A stretch of DNA of 32,000 nt from Caedibacter taeniospiralis (GTDB taxonomy: Bacteria; Pseudomonadota; Gammaproteobacteria; Francisellales; Francisellaceae). The notes below the pieces were generated by a model. It did not search any database. It was not told the origin of the DNA and was given only the letters and a program-made list of their open reading frames with translations. This document shows, piece by piece, positions 1-9,067 of the stretch (its first letter is position 1; each line of letters begins with the position of its first letter). Position numbers and translations under genes: made by a program. The stretch lies in the NCBI RefSeq assembly GCF_002803295.2, contig NZ_PGGB02000014.1, positions 2,551 through 34,550 on the forward strand, written 5' to 3'.

Positions 1-2
1 GA

Positions 3-2441
3 GATTTAAAAAAGCTCATTGATGCTCAGGACAACAAAATTATTCAAACCCTTGATGGTATGGGCAATGTTGTTCAACGCGTGATCGTGGATAGCAGCGG
101 TAATGAGGTTTTTAAGGTCAATTATACCTATAACTCATTAAATGAGTTGCAATCAATTACCGATGCCAATGGTCACAGTACGAGTTTTGAGTATGACGTT
201 TCGGGCAATGTGATTAAAACCACCAATGCCAAGGGAGATGCCACGAACAACCAATACAATATTCAAAACAATGTTTCTGGCATAACGAATGCTTTATCGA
301 ACACTTCCACCTTAAGCTATGACCCCTCGGGTAACGTGACTTCTATTAGCGACTACAACGGCAACGTTGCTCATTACCAATATAATGCCTTTAACCAGCT
401 GACGGAGGTGGATAGTCCAGACACGGGCAAAATGACCTATAGCTATAACGATAAAGGTCAGTTGGCGAATCAAAAAGATGCCAATGGCAAGGTCTTAAGC
501 TACGCCTATGATCAGCTCAATCGCATCACTGAGGTGAGCAGCCATAATACGCCCGTTATCCAGTACAACTATGACCAGGGACAATATGGTATTGGCAGAT
601 TGTCATCGATCAAGAATCCAATAAGTGAAATTAGCAGCCGCTATGATGCTTGGGGGAACATTATTCAGCAAAGCTATGTGATTAACGGGACTCCATACGC
701 AGTCGGTTATGGCTATAACAAAGATAGAGCGATTAACTCAATTACCTATCCCAGCGGATTAGCCGTGAGCTTGACTCGCGATAAGATTGGCAATATCACA
801 GGTGTTACGGTCAATAGTAATGGGACACCGTCAACGATTGCCTCAGCCATCGCTTACTTACCTTTTGGTCCGATGAAATCTCTGACATTTGGCAATGGCG
901 GTCAGTTGACAAGAACCTATGATAAAGCTTATCAGCTCACCCAACAGGTGGTGACGGGTGTTTCGGATGACCATTACCTTTATGACAAACTCGGCAATAT
1001 CACGCAATTTATCAGCAAAGACGAGCCGACGAAAAGCAAAGACTATGTCTATGATGCCATTTCTCGCCTGACTTCAATGAAGTCGCAGCTCGAGACAGAA
1101 GGCTTTAGCTATGATGCCAACGGCAATCGCTTAAGCTATGTCAGCAACAAAGACGGTCAGACTGCAGAGGTCAGCTACCAGTATGATAAGGGAAGTAATA
1201 AGCTATCAAGCTATCAAGATGCCAAGCAAAATACCGTCACTCACGACAATAATGGCAATATCACGCAACTTGGAGAATTGAGCTTTGCGTATGATGTCTT
1301 TAACAATCTGACAAAGGTTACAAAAGATGGTAAAGAGCTGGCAAACTATGAGTACAGTCCTTATCAGCAAAGAATCGTTAAAACCGTCAATGGCAATCAA
1401 ACCGTCTTTATCTACGATATCGGAGGGAAACTGATTGAGATCAGAGCGAAAGATGCGATTATCGACATTATTTACCTCAATGGCGAGCCGATCGCACAGC
1501 TTGTGAATGGCGCGACTTACTACTTTGTGAATGATGCACTAGGTACCCCTCAGTACTTAACAGGTCAAAACGGGCAGAAACAGTGGTCAGGTAATATTAA
1601 TCCGTTTGAGGTAAATGCGTCTGGACAGGTGCAGCAGGATTTACGCTTCGCTGGACAAGTCGCGAACCCTGAAACGGGCTTAGTGTACAACAACGCCCGC
1701 GAGTATGTGCCCTTCTTGGGTCGATACCTTCAGGCGGATCCTTTGGGATTAGCCAGTGGCTCTTTGAATAACTATACCTATGTTGGGAATAATCCCATTA
1801 ACTTGATTGATCCGATGGGTTTATCCGCAATGGATTATGTCACAAACTTTGCCAACGGCTTTAATGATACGACGACCTTTGGGTTGTCTAATTATGGTTA
1901 TGATGAAGGTTATGGTATTAGTTATACAGTCGGTTCAGGGGCAGCAATGGCTGCTGGACTGTTTTATGGTGCGACAGAGTATAGAGCGCTCAATGCGTTA
2001 AGGCAGATGTTTACGCCCAGGGTTGTGGCAGAGATCGAGCAGGCAGCAAAGACTGGGCAGATTTGTGCTAAATCTGCTTATAATCCAATGAATAAAGGAC
2101 CACTTGCGCAGTCAATTGCAGATACATTTAGAGGTGGTAGTTATAATGAAGTTACTCTTCAAGAAAGCACTCAATTATACCGAGTATATGGTGGCTCAGC
2201 TGGTAAGATAGGTTCATACTGGACTAGAACAAAACCTACAGGTCACCTCCAATCACAGTTGGATTCAGCTTTAGCCCCACAATGGGGGAATACAGCTGAA
2301 AAAACTGCCAGTATAACGGTTCCCAAAGGAACAAAAATATATGAAGGAGCCGCTGCTTCACAGTCCACCGGAGTTGGACAAATCATAGGCGGAGGCAATC
2401 AAGTATACATACCAAAGGTTAGCCCATCATGGATAAATTAA
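3..2441 (+). CDS. Rhs/YD-repeat family protein, 5' truncated by window edge, with variable C-terminal tip
   Basis: The frame is open from base 3 (DLKKLIDAQDNKIIQTLDGM...). It contains many YD-type repeats (YDxxGNxxxxxD) and a core end FAGQVANPETGLVYNNAREYVPFLGRYLQADPLGLASGSLNNYTYVGNNPINLIDPMGL, followed by about 200 unrelated residues. Confidence 0.95.
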   Translation, partial: DLKKLIDAQDNKIIQTLDGMGNVVQRVIVDSSGNEVFKVNYTYNSLNELQSITDANGHSTSFEYDVSGNVIKTTNAKGDATNNQYNIQNNVSGITNALSNTSTLSYDPSGNVTSISDYNGNVAHYQYNAFNQLTEVDSPDTGKMTYSYNDKGQLANQKDANGKVLSYAYDQLNRITEVSSHNTPVIQYNYDQGQYGIGRLSSIKNPISEISSRYDAWGNIIQQSYVINGTPYAVGYGYNKDRAINSITYPSGLAVSLTRDKIGNITGVTVNSNGTPSTIASAIAYLPFGPMKSLTFGNGGQLTRTYDKAYQLTQQVVTGVSDDHYLYDKLGNITQFISKDEPTKSKDYVYDAISRLTSMKSQLETEGFSYDANGNRLSYVSNKDGQTAEVSYQYDKGSNKLSSYQDAKQNTVTHDNNGNITQLGELSFAYDVFNNLTKVTKDGKELANYEYSPYQQRIVKTVNGNQTVFIYDIGGKLIEIRAKDAIIDIIYLNGEPIAQLVNGATYYFVNDALGTPQYLTGQNGQKQWSGNINPFEVNASGQVQQDLRFAGQVANPETGLVYNNAREYVPFLGRYLQADPLGLASGSLNNYTYVGNNPINLIDPMGLSAMDYVTNFANGFNDTTTFGLSNYGYDEGYGISYTVGSGAAMAAGLFYGATEYRALNALRQMFTPRVVAEIEQAAKTGQICAKSAYNPMNKGPLAQSIADTFRGGSYNEVTLQESTQLYRVYGGSAGKIGSYWTRTKPTGHLQSQLDSALAPQWGNTAEKTASITVPKGTKIYEGAAASQSTGVGQIIGGGNQVYIPKVSPSWIN

Positions 2442-2737
2442 TTAGGAAGTTAAACCATCTACGTGATTTGCTTAAAAGCTGTCAATCTATGTTAGATTTA
2501 TTTGGTGAAAAAGAGTGGTCTGATAAGATTGGTCAAACGACAAAAGCGGATGGTATTGATCCTTCTAAGGTTTTATCATGGTACGGTGGAATGGGGTCTT
2601 TTAATGATCTGCTAATATCAGGTTACAATGGTCACGAAGTTAAGCAAGAAGATGAAGATGTAGTAAATGCAGAATTATCTGACTTAAGAAATAAAATTTA
2701 CTTAGAAGCAAAAGAGATTTTTGATCAGACTTTATAA
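2429..2737 (+). CDS. Probable cognate immunity protein of the Rhs tip (resembles DUF6966-type small proteins, LSWYGGMGSFNDLLI motif)
   Basis: 102 aa ORF overlapping the rhs stop by 13 bp, in the usual immunity-gene position. The motif recognition is from memory. Confidence 0.7.
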   Translation: MDKLIRKLNHLRDLLKSCQSMLDLFGEKEWSDKIGQTTKADGIDPSKVLSWYGGMGSFNDLLISGYNGHEVKQEDEDVVNAELSDLRNKIYLEAKEIFDQTL

Positions 2738-2795
2738 TCGATCCTAAAAATGTAAATGTAATAGATTTTTCAATACTCAAACCATAGGATTAACA

Positions 2796-2966
2796 ATGGA
2801 AAATAAATATTTTGGTATGACGGTTAATGAGAGACTTTATGTAAGCGGTTTAATGGATGAGTTTGATAAGGCTGTTGTTAATAAAGACACCAAAAAAGTT
2901 CGCTCCATCCTTGAGGATGTTGAGTTAGTTGAGGAATCTATCAAGCCAACTTTGAGAGAAAGCTAG
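2796..2966 (+). CDS. Small hypothetical protein (56 aa), candidate immunity-associated gene
   Basis: ATG to TAG reading MENKYFGMTVNERLYVSGLMDEFDKAVVNKDTKKVRSILEDVELVEESIKPTLRES. A purine-rich AGGA lies upstream. Absent from the supplied track, probably because of its length. Confidence 0.6.
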   Translation: MENKYFGMTVNERLYVSGLMDEFDKAVVNKDTKKVRSILEDVELVEESIKPTLRES

Positions 2967-3019
2967 AAGTTGGTGGTCATCCAATAAGTAATGGTCATTT
3001 GGATATAGTGAATTAGAAA

Positions 3020-3376
3020 ATGAGGGCGAAACTAAAAGAATTTTACTCTCTGGATTTGGATATCGATTCGTATTGGTCGGATCAACTCGATAATTTTGGC
3101 TTTTGGGTTCGAGCTATGATTGGTCCAGAAGGTGAAGAAGGGGTCGAGTCTTTTGATATACGGATATGTACTCCAAAGTGGCTTATATCGAAATACTCTG
3201 CTGAAGAAGTTCTCTTTGGTCGCCACATGTTAATTGTTTTTGAATATGACTTGGACAGAATCAAAAACAAAATATCTCGTTATTGTGATAGTTGCTTTGG
3301 CGAAACCTGGCAAGAAATAGCAAATAAACTCAGTAGGATTGGTTATTGGGAATTTGAGGATTATACCCCCGCATAA
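3020..3376 (+). CDS. Immunity protein 8 (Imm8)-like protein
   Basis: 118 aa with MRAKLKEFYSLDLDIDSY...FGFWVRAMIGPEGEEGVESFDIRICTPKWL...LIVFEYDLDRI...ETWQEIANKLSRIGYWEFEDY, a pattern characteristic of Imm8. Confidence 0.8.
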   Translation: MRAKLKEFYSLDLDIDSYWSDQLDNFGFWVRAMIGPEGEEGVESFDIRICTPKWLISKYSAEEVLFGRHMLIVFEYDLDRIKNKISRYCDSCFGETWQEIANKLSRIGYWEFEDYTPA

Positions 3377-3600
3377 AGCAGCCATGCGATGTGGGGCTTG
3401 GTTTAAATCACTTCCCAGGGTTTATTTTCCATTCTTGTCAGATCCAGGCTGGAAGTTCAGCGAGAAAACCAACTTTTGGCATCCTCCAATGAAGGAGATA
3501 GGGGTCGGATGAGGTCTGTAGTTTGACATTTTTGGTAACGAGAGCAGAGCTAATTTTCGTCTCACAGTCTCAAAAACCAGCTGCTCAGACTTTCTTATTC

Positions 3601-3672
3601 TTACGTGACTTCGACGTAAGAAACATTGAATCACATGCTCGAAGCAAGTATTTTTATGTCGAACTCACGTTA
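3601..3672. repeat. MITE-like short inverted-repeat element, copy A (about 72 bp)
   Basis: Left end ttacgtgacttcgacgtaagaaa and right end gtcgaactcacgttat are inverted with one mismatch in the core. The interior is shared with copy B. Confidence 0.65.
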
Positions 3673-3681
3673 TTCTTGTAG

Positions 3682-3867
3682 AATTCAGCCTGTTGTTCTG
3701 AGGCTTATGATGTAGCCTTAGCCAAGCATTATGCTGAAGTACTCTGTGAGGGTGAAGATCTTAATGACTATTTATTTGAAGGTCGCTACTTCTCTTTTAC
3801 CCTGCCGTTTCGTAAAACGGAGGATGATGGCAAGGGTAAAAAGCCTGAGCTTTTTTTGGTTGAATAA
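3682..3867 (+). pseudogene. 3' fragment of an unidentified gene directly right of repeat copy A
   Basis: Open frame without an obvious start: NSACCSEAYDVALAKHYAEVLCEGEDLNDYLFEGRYFSFTLPFRKTEDDGKGKKPELFLVE*. The composition looks protein-like. Confidence 0.35.
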
Positions 3868-3871
3868 TCTG

Positions 3872-3946
3872 CGTGGGCACGTAATTAGCCAAAGCGTGTC
3901 GGTGTGAGTGATCAGTGTCCGTCACACGACGACTCACACTTAGGGA
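3872..3946. repeat. Dispersed intergenic repeat, copy 1
   Basis: cgtgggcacgtaattagccaaagcgtgtcggtgtgagtgatcagtgtccgtcacacgacgactcacacttag aligns with 12718-12790. It has an internal gtgtgagt/actcacac inversion. Confidence 0.7.
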
Positions 3947-3982
3947 GCGAGATGTTTAAAGTTCGCCATTTAATAGCTGGGG

Positions 3983-4066
3983 CTATTGCCAAAACTCAAC
4001 AATTGCTTTGTTTGCTACTTCTCGTATCAACATCGTTAATGCGTCTTTAACTTCATTTTCTACTGT
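3983..4066 (-). pseudogene. Short 3' gene relic abutting repeat copy B
   Basis: Minus-strand open frame RYTVENEVKDALTMLIREVANKAIVEFWQ* whose 5' side runs straight into the element. Confidence 0.3.
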
Positions 4067-4262
4067 ATAACGTGAGTTCGACGTAAGAAACATGGAATGA
4101 CATGCTCAAAGCAAGTATTTTTAAGCAGTTCAAGGCTTTTGCACTTAAAAAGCACAGGACTAGCTGCGCTAATTTGAGCATTTTTAAGTGCATACTAACG
4201 CAGAAATGCTTGAAAAGACGACGCTTTGACAAGGTTTTTTATGTCGAACTCACGTTGTATAC
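4065..4262. repeat. MITE-like inverted-repeat element, copy B (about 198 bp)
   Basis: Ends are gtataacgtgagttcgacgtaagaaa and ttttttatgtcgaactcacgttgtatac. The first ~50 bp match copy A (acgtga[g/c]ttcgacgtaagaaacat.gaat.acatgctc.aagcaagtattttt), followed by about 125 bp of extra interior. Confidence 0.75.
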
Positions 4263-4381
4263 TACCCCAAAGAATCTAGGCAATTGTTTTGAACATTGAT
4301 ATATAAATCATCCTTGCCTTAACGAGTAAAAACCGCAACCATATGCAGTATTGCTGCAAGGATAAAAAACGAGGCTAACAC

Positions 4382-5935
4382 ATGAAACGTCTACCGATTG
4401 GTATTTCAAGTTTTGAAAAAATAAGAAGCGAAGATTATGTTTATATTGATAAGACACAACATGTTTTTAATTTGGTGAACATAGGAGGGTGCCGCTATTT
4501 TCTGTCACGTCCGCGCCGATTTGGCAAGTCTCTCTTAATCGATACAATCAAACAGGCATTTGAGGGAAACAAAAAATTATTTAAAGGCTTATACCTCGAG
4601 AACCATTGGGATTGGGAAATAAGATACCCCGTTTTGCACTTTACATTCGGAAGTGGAAATGTTAGGAGCCCTGATGCTTTGGATGAGAAAATTGGCAGTT
4701 TTTTAGACGACTATTATACGCAGTATCAGCTTGAAAATGTGTATCGTGAAGTGAGTATACGGTTTGAGTATTTGATCAAGCATATAGCGAAAAGCGTGGG
4801 TCAAGTCGTGATTTTGGTGGATGAATACGACAAACCCATTCTCGATAACATTGATCGCAGTGAGATCGCTTGTGCCATGCGTGAGCGACTTAGAAACTTC
4901 TATAGTGTGATTAAAGCTCAAGATGAGCATGTTAAGTTCACCATGCTGACAGGCGTATCCAAATTCAGCAAGGTGAGCCTGTTTAGTGATCTTAATCATC
5001 TGGATGATATCACCTTAGATGGGCGTTATGCCGATATTTGTGGTTATAATCAAGCCGAACTGGATGCCTCTTTTAAGGTATATTTAGAGGAGGGTAACGT
5101 TGATCACAAATTGTTAAAGTACTGGTATAATGGCTACAATTTTTCTGGTTCTGAGTGCCAAAATGTGTATAACCCATTTGATATTTTACTGTTTATCAAC
5201 AAAGGATATCATTATCAAAATTACTGGTTTGAAACGGCTACTCCCACTTTTCTCATCAAAATGATTGAAAAGAGTTGCTATTTTATCCCTGATTTAGAAA
5301 GGATTGTTGTGGGTGAAGATCTGCTAAGAACGTTTCATGTCGATAATATGCCCGTTACAACGCTGCTTTTTCAGACAGGTTATTTAACGGTTAAACAAAT
5401 GACTGCAGAAGGGCAGCGCGCGACTTATCAATTGGGTTACCCTAATTACGAGGTCAAATACAGTTTAAATGAGAGTCTGGCAAATATTGGGACAACAGCA
5501 GATCACAAAAACAGGGTGCTTAATCATCTGACTACGGCACTAGTGAAGGAGGACTTTCAAGGATTAAAAAATATCTTCAGCAGTCACTTTGCGAGTATTC
5601 CCAACGATTGGTATCGCAAGAATAAGATTGATCAATATGAAGGCTTTTATGCCAGTATTGTTTATAGTTTTTTTGTTGCATTGGGTTATGAAGTGGTTGC
5701 TGAAGACGTGACGAATCAGGGAAAAATTGATTTAACACTCATTATGTCAGATAAGGTGTTGATTATTGAGTTTAAGTTAAAAAAACATGGTGATGCGAAA
5801 GCAGCCATTGAGCAAATTAAAGAAAAAAATTATGCTCAGAAGTATAGGAACTCTAATAAGCCAATCTATTTAGTTGGGATAAGTTTTGATCCCAAAGAGC
5901 GTAATGTAGTTGATTTGCTTGCTGAGCAGTATTAA
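4382..5935 (+). CDS. AAA-ATPase-like / PD-(D/E)XK nuclease-like protein (DUF1703 type)
   Basis: N-terminal LPIGISSFEKIRSEDYVYIDKTQHV...YFLSRPRRFGKSLLIDTIKQAFEG and C-terminal GYEVVAEDVTNQGKIDLTLIMSDKVLIIEFKL motifs. Confidence 0.9.
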   Translation: MKRLPIGISSFEKIRSEDYVYIDKTQHVFNLVNIGGCRYFLSRPRRFGKSLLIDTIKQAFEGNKKLFKGLYLENHWDWEIRYPVLHFTFGSGNVRSPDALDEKIGSFLDDYYTQYQLENVYREVSIRFEYLIKHIAKSVGQVVILVDEYDKPILDNIDRSEIACAMRERLRNFYSVIKAQDEHVKFTMLTGVSKFSKVSLFSDLNHLDDITLDGRYADICGYNQAELDASFKVYLEEGNVDHKLLKYWYNGYNFSGSECQNVYNPFDILLFINKGYHYQNYWFETATPTFLIKMIEKSCYFIPDLERIVVGEDLLRTFHVDNMPVTTLLFQTGYLTVKQMTAEGQRATYQLGYPNYEVKYSLNESLANIGTTADHKNRVLNHLTTALVKEDFQGLKNIFSSHFASIPNDWYRKNKIDQYEGFYASIVYSFFVALGYEVVAEDVTNQGKIDLTLIMSDKVLIIEFKLKKHGDAKAAIEQIKEKNYAQKYRNSNKPIYLVGISFDPKERNVVDLLAEQY

Positions 5936-5948
5936 GTAGGGAATTAAC

Positions 5949-7757
5949 ATGAAAACAAGTCTAATAAAAAACAAAAGTGCCTGGATTGTATTTGCCTATG
6001 ATGTATGTTCGGCACTGCTTTCGTGGGCTATCGTGCATGCACTTATTTGGGGTAGGATAAGCGGTTTTGCTTTTAGTCAGTTTATCTTTGTGGCGATTGC
6101 TTTTACCATATCCACGAAACTATTTAGAACCTATGCCTCGCTATGGAAGACTGTTTCAGCTGAGGATCTAAAAAGGAATATTTACTCGGTTATTCTTGGG
6201 GCAGCCGTTTTTTTTGCCTTAGAGTTTATTGCTAATAGAATGGCTTATGTTGCACGTTCTGAGGTTGTTTTCTACCCTGCTGTGACATTGCTCATTACGC
6301 TGGCAGGACGATTTTTTTATCGGCAATACTTGCTGGGCTTAAGAAAAAGAAATGCAAAAAAAATGATTATCATTGGAGGTGGTGATGGTGCCAGCCTGTT
6401 TTTGCGCGAAAATGATGCCCTAAATAGACCTTATAATATCCTAGGTATATTCGATGATAACAAGGAATTGCAAGGTAAGTTACTTCGCAATAATACGATT
6501 GTGGGACCCATTGATTTTTTAGTGAAGGAGAGTTTTTTATCTAAATATCCAGCAGATGAAATCTTAATTGCGATTCCTTCACTGGATAAAATTAAACTGC
6601 AAGAGATATATCAGAAAGTGGCGAAACTTGGTCTGCCTATCAAAATACTCCCATCATTAATGGAATTAACGCATGGTGCAAAATTCATGGATCTTAAAGA
6701 AGTTAAGATTGAAGATCTTTTGGGGCGTGATCAAGTTATTATCAATTCTGAAAAGTTAGCCAAAGCCTACTTGGAAAAAACCATATTAGTAACGGGAGGT
6801 GCTGGATCCATTGGTTCAGAAATATGTCGGCAACTATTAGCAAAATCCCCCCCTAAAGTGTTGATTATTTTAGATCATAGCGAATACAATCTCTATTTGA
6901 TCGAGAGGGAGCTAAGCTTAATTTCCCATCAGACAAAGCTTAAATTTAGTTTAACCAGTGTTACGGACCAGCGCGGACTATCTCATCTGTTTCAGTCAAA
7001 TAAGATTGACGTTATTTTTCATGCAGCAGCTTATAAGCATGTGCCATTGCTGGAAGACCAACCCAAAATGGCGATTCAAAACAATATCATTGGAACGAAA
7101 AATATGGTTGATTTGAGTTTGCAGCACAAAGTAGAACGGTTCCTTCTGGTTTCAACGGATAAAGCGGTTAATCCTACTAATGTTATGGGAGCAACAAAGC
7201 GAATTGCTGAGTTATATGTCAATGCACAAAAAAATGAGCATACTAAGTTTATGGTGACTCGTTTTGGCAATGTTCTGGGATCGGCAGGAAGTGTCGTGCC
7301 CCTTTTTAAAGAACAGCTAAAGAAAGGAGGTCCCATTACCGTAACCCACAAGGATATTGAGCGCTATTTTATGACTATTCCTGAAGCCTCTTTGCTGGTT
7401 GTTTTATCATGTGCTATTGGCGTAGGGGGTGAAACTTTTGTTCTGGAAATGGGGCAAGCTGTTAAAATAGTTGAGCTTGCTGAGCAGATGATAAAGTTAT
7501 CAGGTAAAAAGCCGTATGTGGATATTGATATTCAGTTCACAGGCTTAAGACCTGGTGAGAAAATGTACGAAGAACTTTTTTACTCAAAAGAGGAATTAAG
7601 AGCTTCGGGATTTGACAAGTTATTAATTGGTCAATCCACACATTTAGAGTGTGAGAAAATGGACGAGGTCCTTAGGGTTCTTCTTGCAGATGAAAATAAA
7701 GAAGGTTTAATGAAGGTTATTGAATCTTTGAATAAATGTGAATTAATTGCAACGTAA
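5949..7757 (+). CDS. Membrane-anchored nucleoside-diphosphate-sugar epimerase/dehydratase (FlaA1/CapD/PglF-like polysaccharide biosynthesis protein)
   Basis: N-terminal TM segments, a first nucleotide-binding domain, then ILVTGGAGSIGSEICRQLL and VNPTNVMGATKRIAELYV. Confidence 0.9.
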   Translation: MKTSLIKNKSAWIVFAYDVCSALLSWAIVHALIWGRISGFAFSQFIFVAIAFTISTKLFRTYASLWKTVSAEDLKRNIYSVILGAAVFFALEFIANRMAYVARSEVVFYPAVTLLITLAGRFFYRQYLLGLRKRNAKKMIIIGGGDGASLFLRENDALNRPYNILGIFDDNKELQGKLLRNNTIVGPIDFLVKESFLSKYPADEILIAIPSLDKIKLQEIYQKVAKLGLPIKILPSLMELTHGAKFMDLKEVKIEDLLGRDQVIINSEKLAKAYLEKTILVTGGAGSIGSEICRQLLAKSPPKVLIILDHSEYNLYLIERELSLISHQTKLKFSLTSVTDQRGLSHLFQSNKIDVIFHAAAYKHVPLLEDQPKMAIQNNIIGTKNMVDLSLQHKVERFLLVSTDKAVNPTNVMGATKRIAELYVNAQKNEHTKFMVTRFGNVLGSAGSVVPLFKEQLKKGGPITVTHKDIERYFMTIPEASLLVVLSCAIGVGGETFVLEMGQAVKIVELAEQMIKLSGKKPYVDIDIQFTGLRPGEKMYEELFYSKEELRASGFDKLLIGQSTHLECEKMDEVLRVLLADENKEGLMKVIESLNKCELIAT

Positions 7758-7953
7758 ATTAGTGGATAGTACATTTGCTAAAACAATGAAACTATTCATT
7801 GTTTCTTAACGCATTCGCTATTGTCAAAATTCAATCCTTCAAAATCAGCCGAAATTCAGTGCCAGAAAGTCTGCAAAAGGATTTACAATGGGTATAAAAT
7901 GACTTTTTTAAGATAAACTCCCAAAATCAAACGATCAAAGGAAACTTATATTC

Positions 7954-8550
7954 ATGAAACAAATCGTTTTTGCCTCTAGCAACAAGGGGAAAATCAAAGA
8001 AGTCAGTGAGATCCTCGCCCCTCTGGGTTTTGAAGTGATCCCGCAAACTGAATTTAGGGTGCCTGATGCGGATGAAACAGGATTAAGCTTTATTGAAAAT
8101 GCCATTTTAAAGGCGCGCCACTGTTCGCATTTTACCAAATTACCTGCACTTGCGGACGACTCTGGTTTGTGTGTTGACGCTTTAAATGGAGCTCCTGGCA
8201 TCTATTCTGCACGCTTCTCGGGTGAGCATGGTAATGATGAATCAAACATAGACAAACTGCTGAATGAAATGCAAGGTATTGCAGAAGCTGAACGTCAGGC
8301 GCACTTCCAATGTGTACTTGCTTTGGTCATGCACGAATATGATCCTATGCCCATCATCGCTGAGGGACGCGTCGATGGCAATATTACCCATGAGCGCCAA
8401 GGCAAGAATGGCTTTGGCTATAACCCTGTTTTTCTACTGCCCGAATATAATCTGACCATGGCGGAAGTGGATAATAACATTAAGAATACTATCAGCCATA
8501 GAGCGCGTGCCTTAGATAAATTAAAAGCGAGGCTTCTTAGTCACCTGTGA
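7954..8550 (+). CDS. rdgB: XTP/dITP diphosphatase (RdgB/HAM1)
   Basis: [52 protein letters not shown] and SHRARAL motifs. Confidence 0.95.
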   Translation: MKQIVFASSNKGKIKEVSEILAPLGFEVIPQTEFRVPDADETGLSFIENAILKARHCSHFTKLPALADDSGLCVDALNGAPGIYSARFSGEHGNDESNIDKLLNEMQGIAEAERQAHFQCVLALVMHEYDPMPIIAEGRVDGNITHERQGKNGFGYNPVFLLPEYNLTMAEVDNNIKNTISHRARALDKLKARLLSHL

Positions 8551-8747
8551 AAAATGGACTTTGACAAAATCACTGCCGACTGTTATTTGAATAAGTACAA
8601 GGGGGTATGCAATACGCCCCCCACAATACGTTATTATGGACGAAGGTATTGTCCAATACCGAAAAATGCGTGCACTTAGGAGTGATTTTACACGTCTTTT
8701 CCATTAAACTTGGGCTTTGAAAAACAAAACAGTAAGCGATATTCATC

Positions 8748-9065
8748 ATGAACGACGAGCAAGACAAAGATGATCTAACCCCAAAAACAAATGAATCCGC
8801 AGCACAACAAGAAACTTTCTTTGAGTTTCCATGCCAATTCCCCATTAAGATTATGGCTAATCCACAAAAAGAGGTGATTGAGTTTGTATTAAACACTTTA
8901 GAGAAATATATTGAAAATCCGGAAGCGATCAAATTCACCACCCGTGAAAGCAAAACAGGCAAGTATATTTCGATTACCGCCATCTTTGAGGCAACCAGTA
9001 AGGAACAGCTTGATAGTATTTATCAAGCGCTTAGTTCTCATCCAGAAATTCATATGGTTTTATAG
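8748..9065 (+). CDS. ybeD: YbeD/DUF493 family protein
   Basis: [13 protein letters not shown]...[34 protein letters not shown], directly upstream of lipB as in many gammaproteobacteria. Confidence 0.85.
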   Translation: MNDEQDKDDLTPKTNESAAQQETFFEFPCQFPIKIMANPQKEVIEFVLNTLEKYIENPEAIKFTTRESKTGKYISITAIFEATSKEQLDSIYQALSSHPEIHMVL

Positions 9066-9067
9066 CA

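Noticed and set aside
1206-2001. Short ORFs inside rhs (1206-1400 minus, 1807-2001 plus)
   Set aside because: They overlap a strongly supported YD-repeat coding frame and have no recognisable protein features.
3422-3634. 70 aa minus-strand ORF
   Set aside because: Arginine- and serine-rich, crosses repeat copy A, with no motif. More likely a chance frame in repeated intergenic DNA.
7781-7804. aaacaatgaa-acta-ttcattgttt perfect hairpin after the dehydratase gene
   Set aside because: AT-rich 10-bp stem without a following T-run. It may be a weak terminator, but not distinctive enough to call.
8570-8983. 137 aa minus-strand ORF
   Set aside because: Antisense to ybeD and intergenic DNA. ybeD has clear family motifs and this frame has none.
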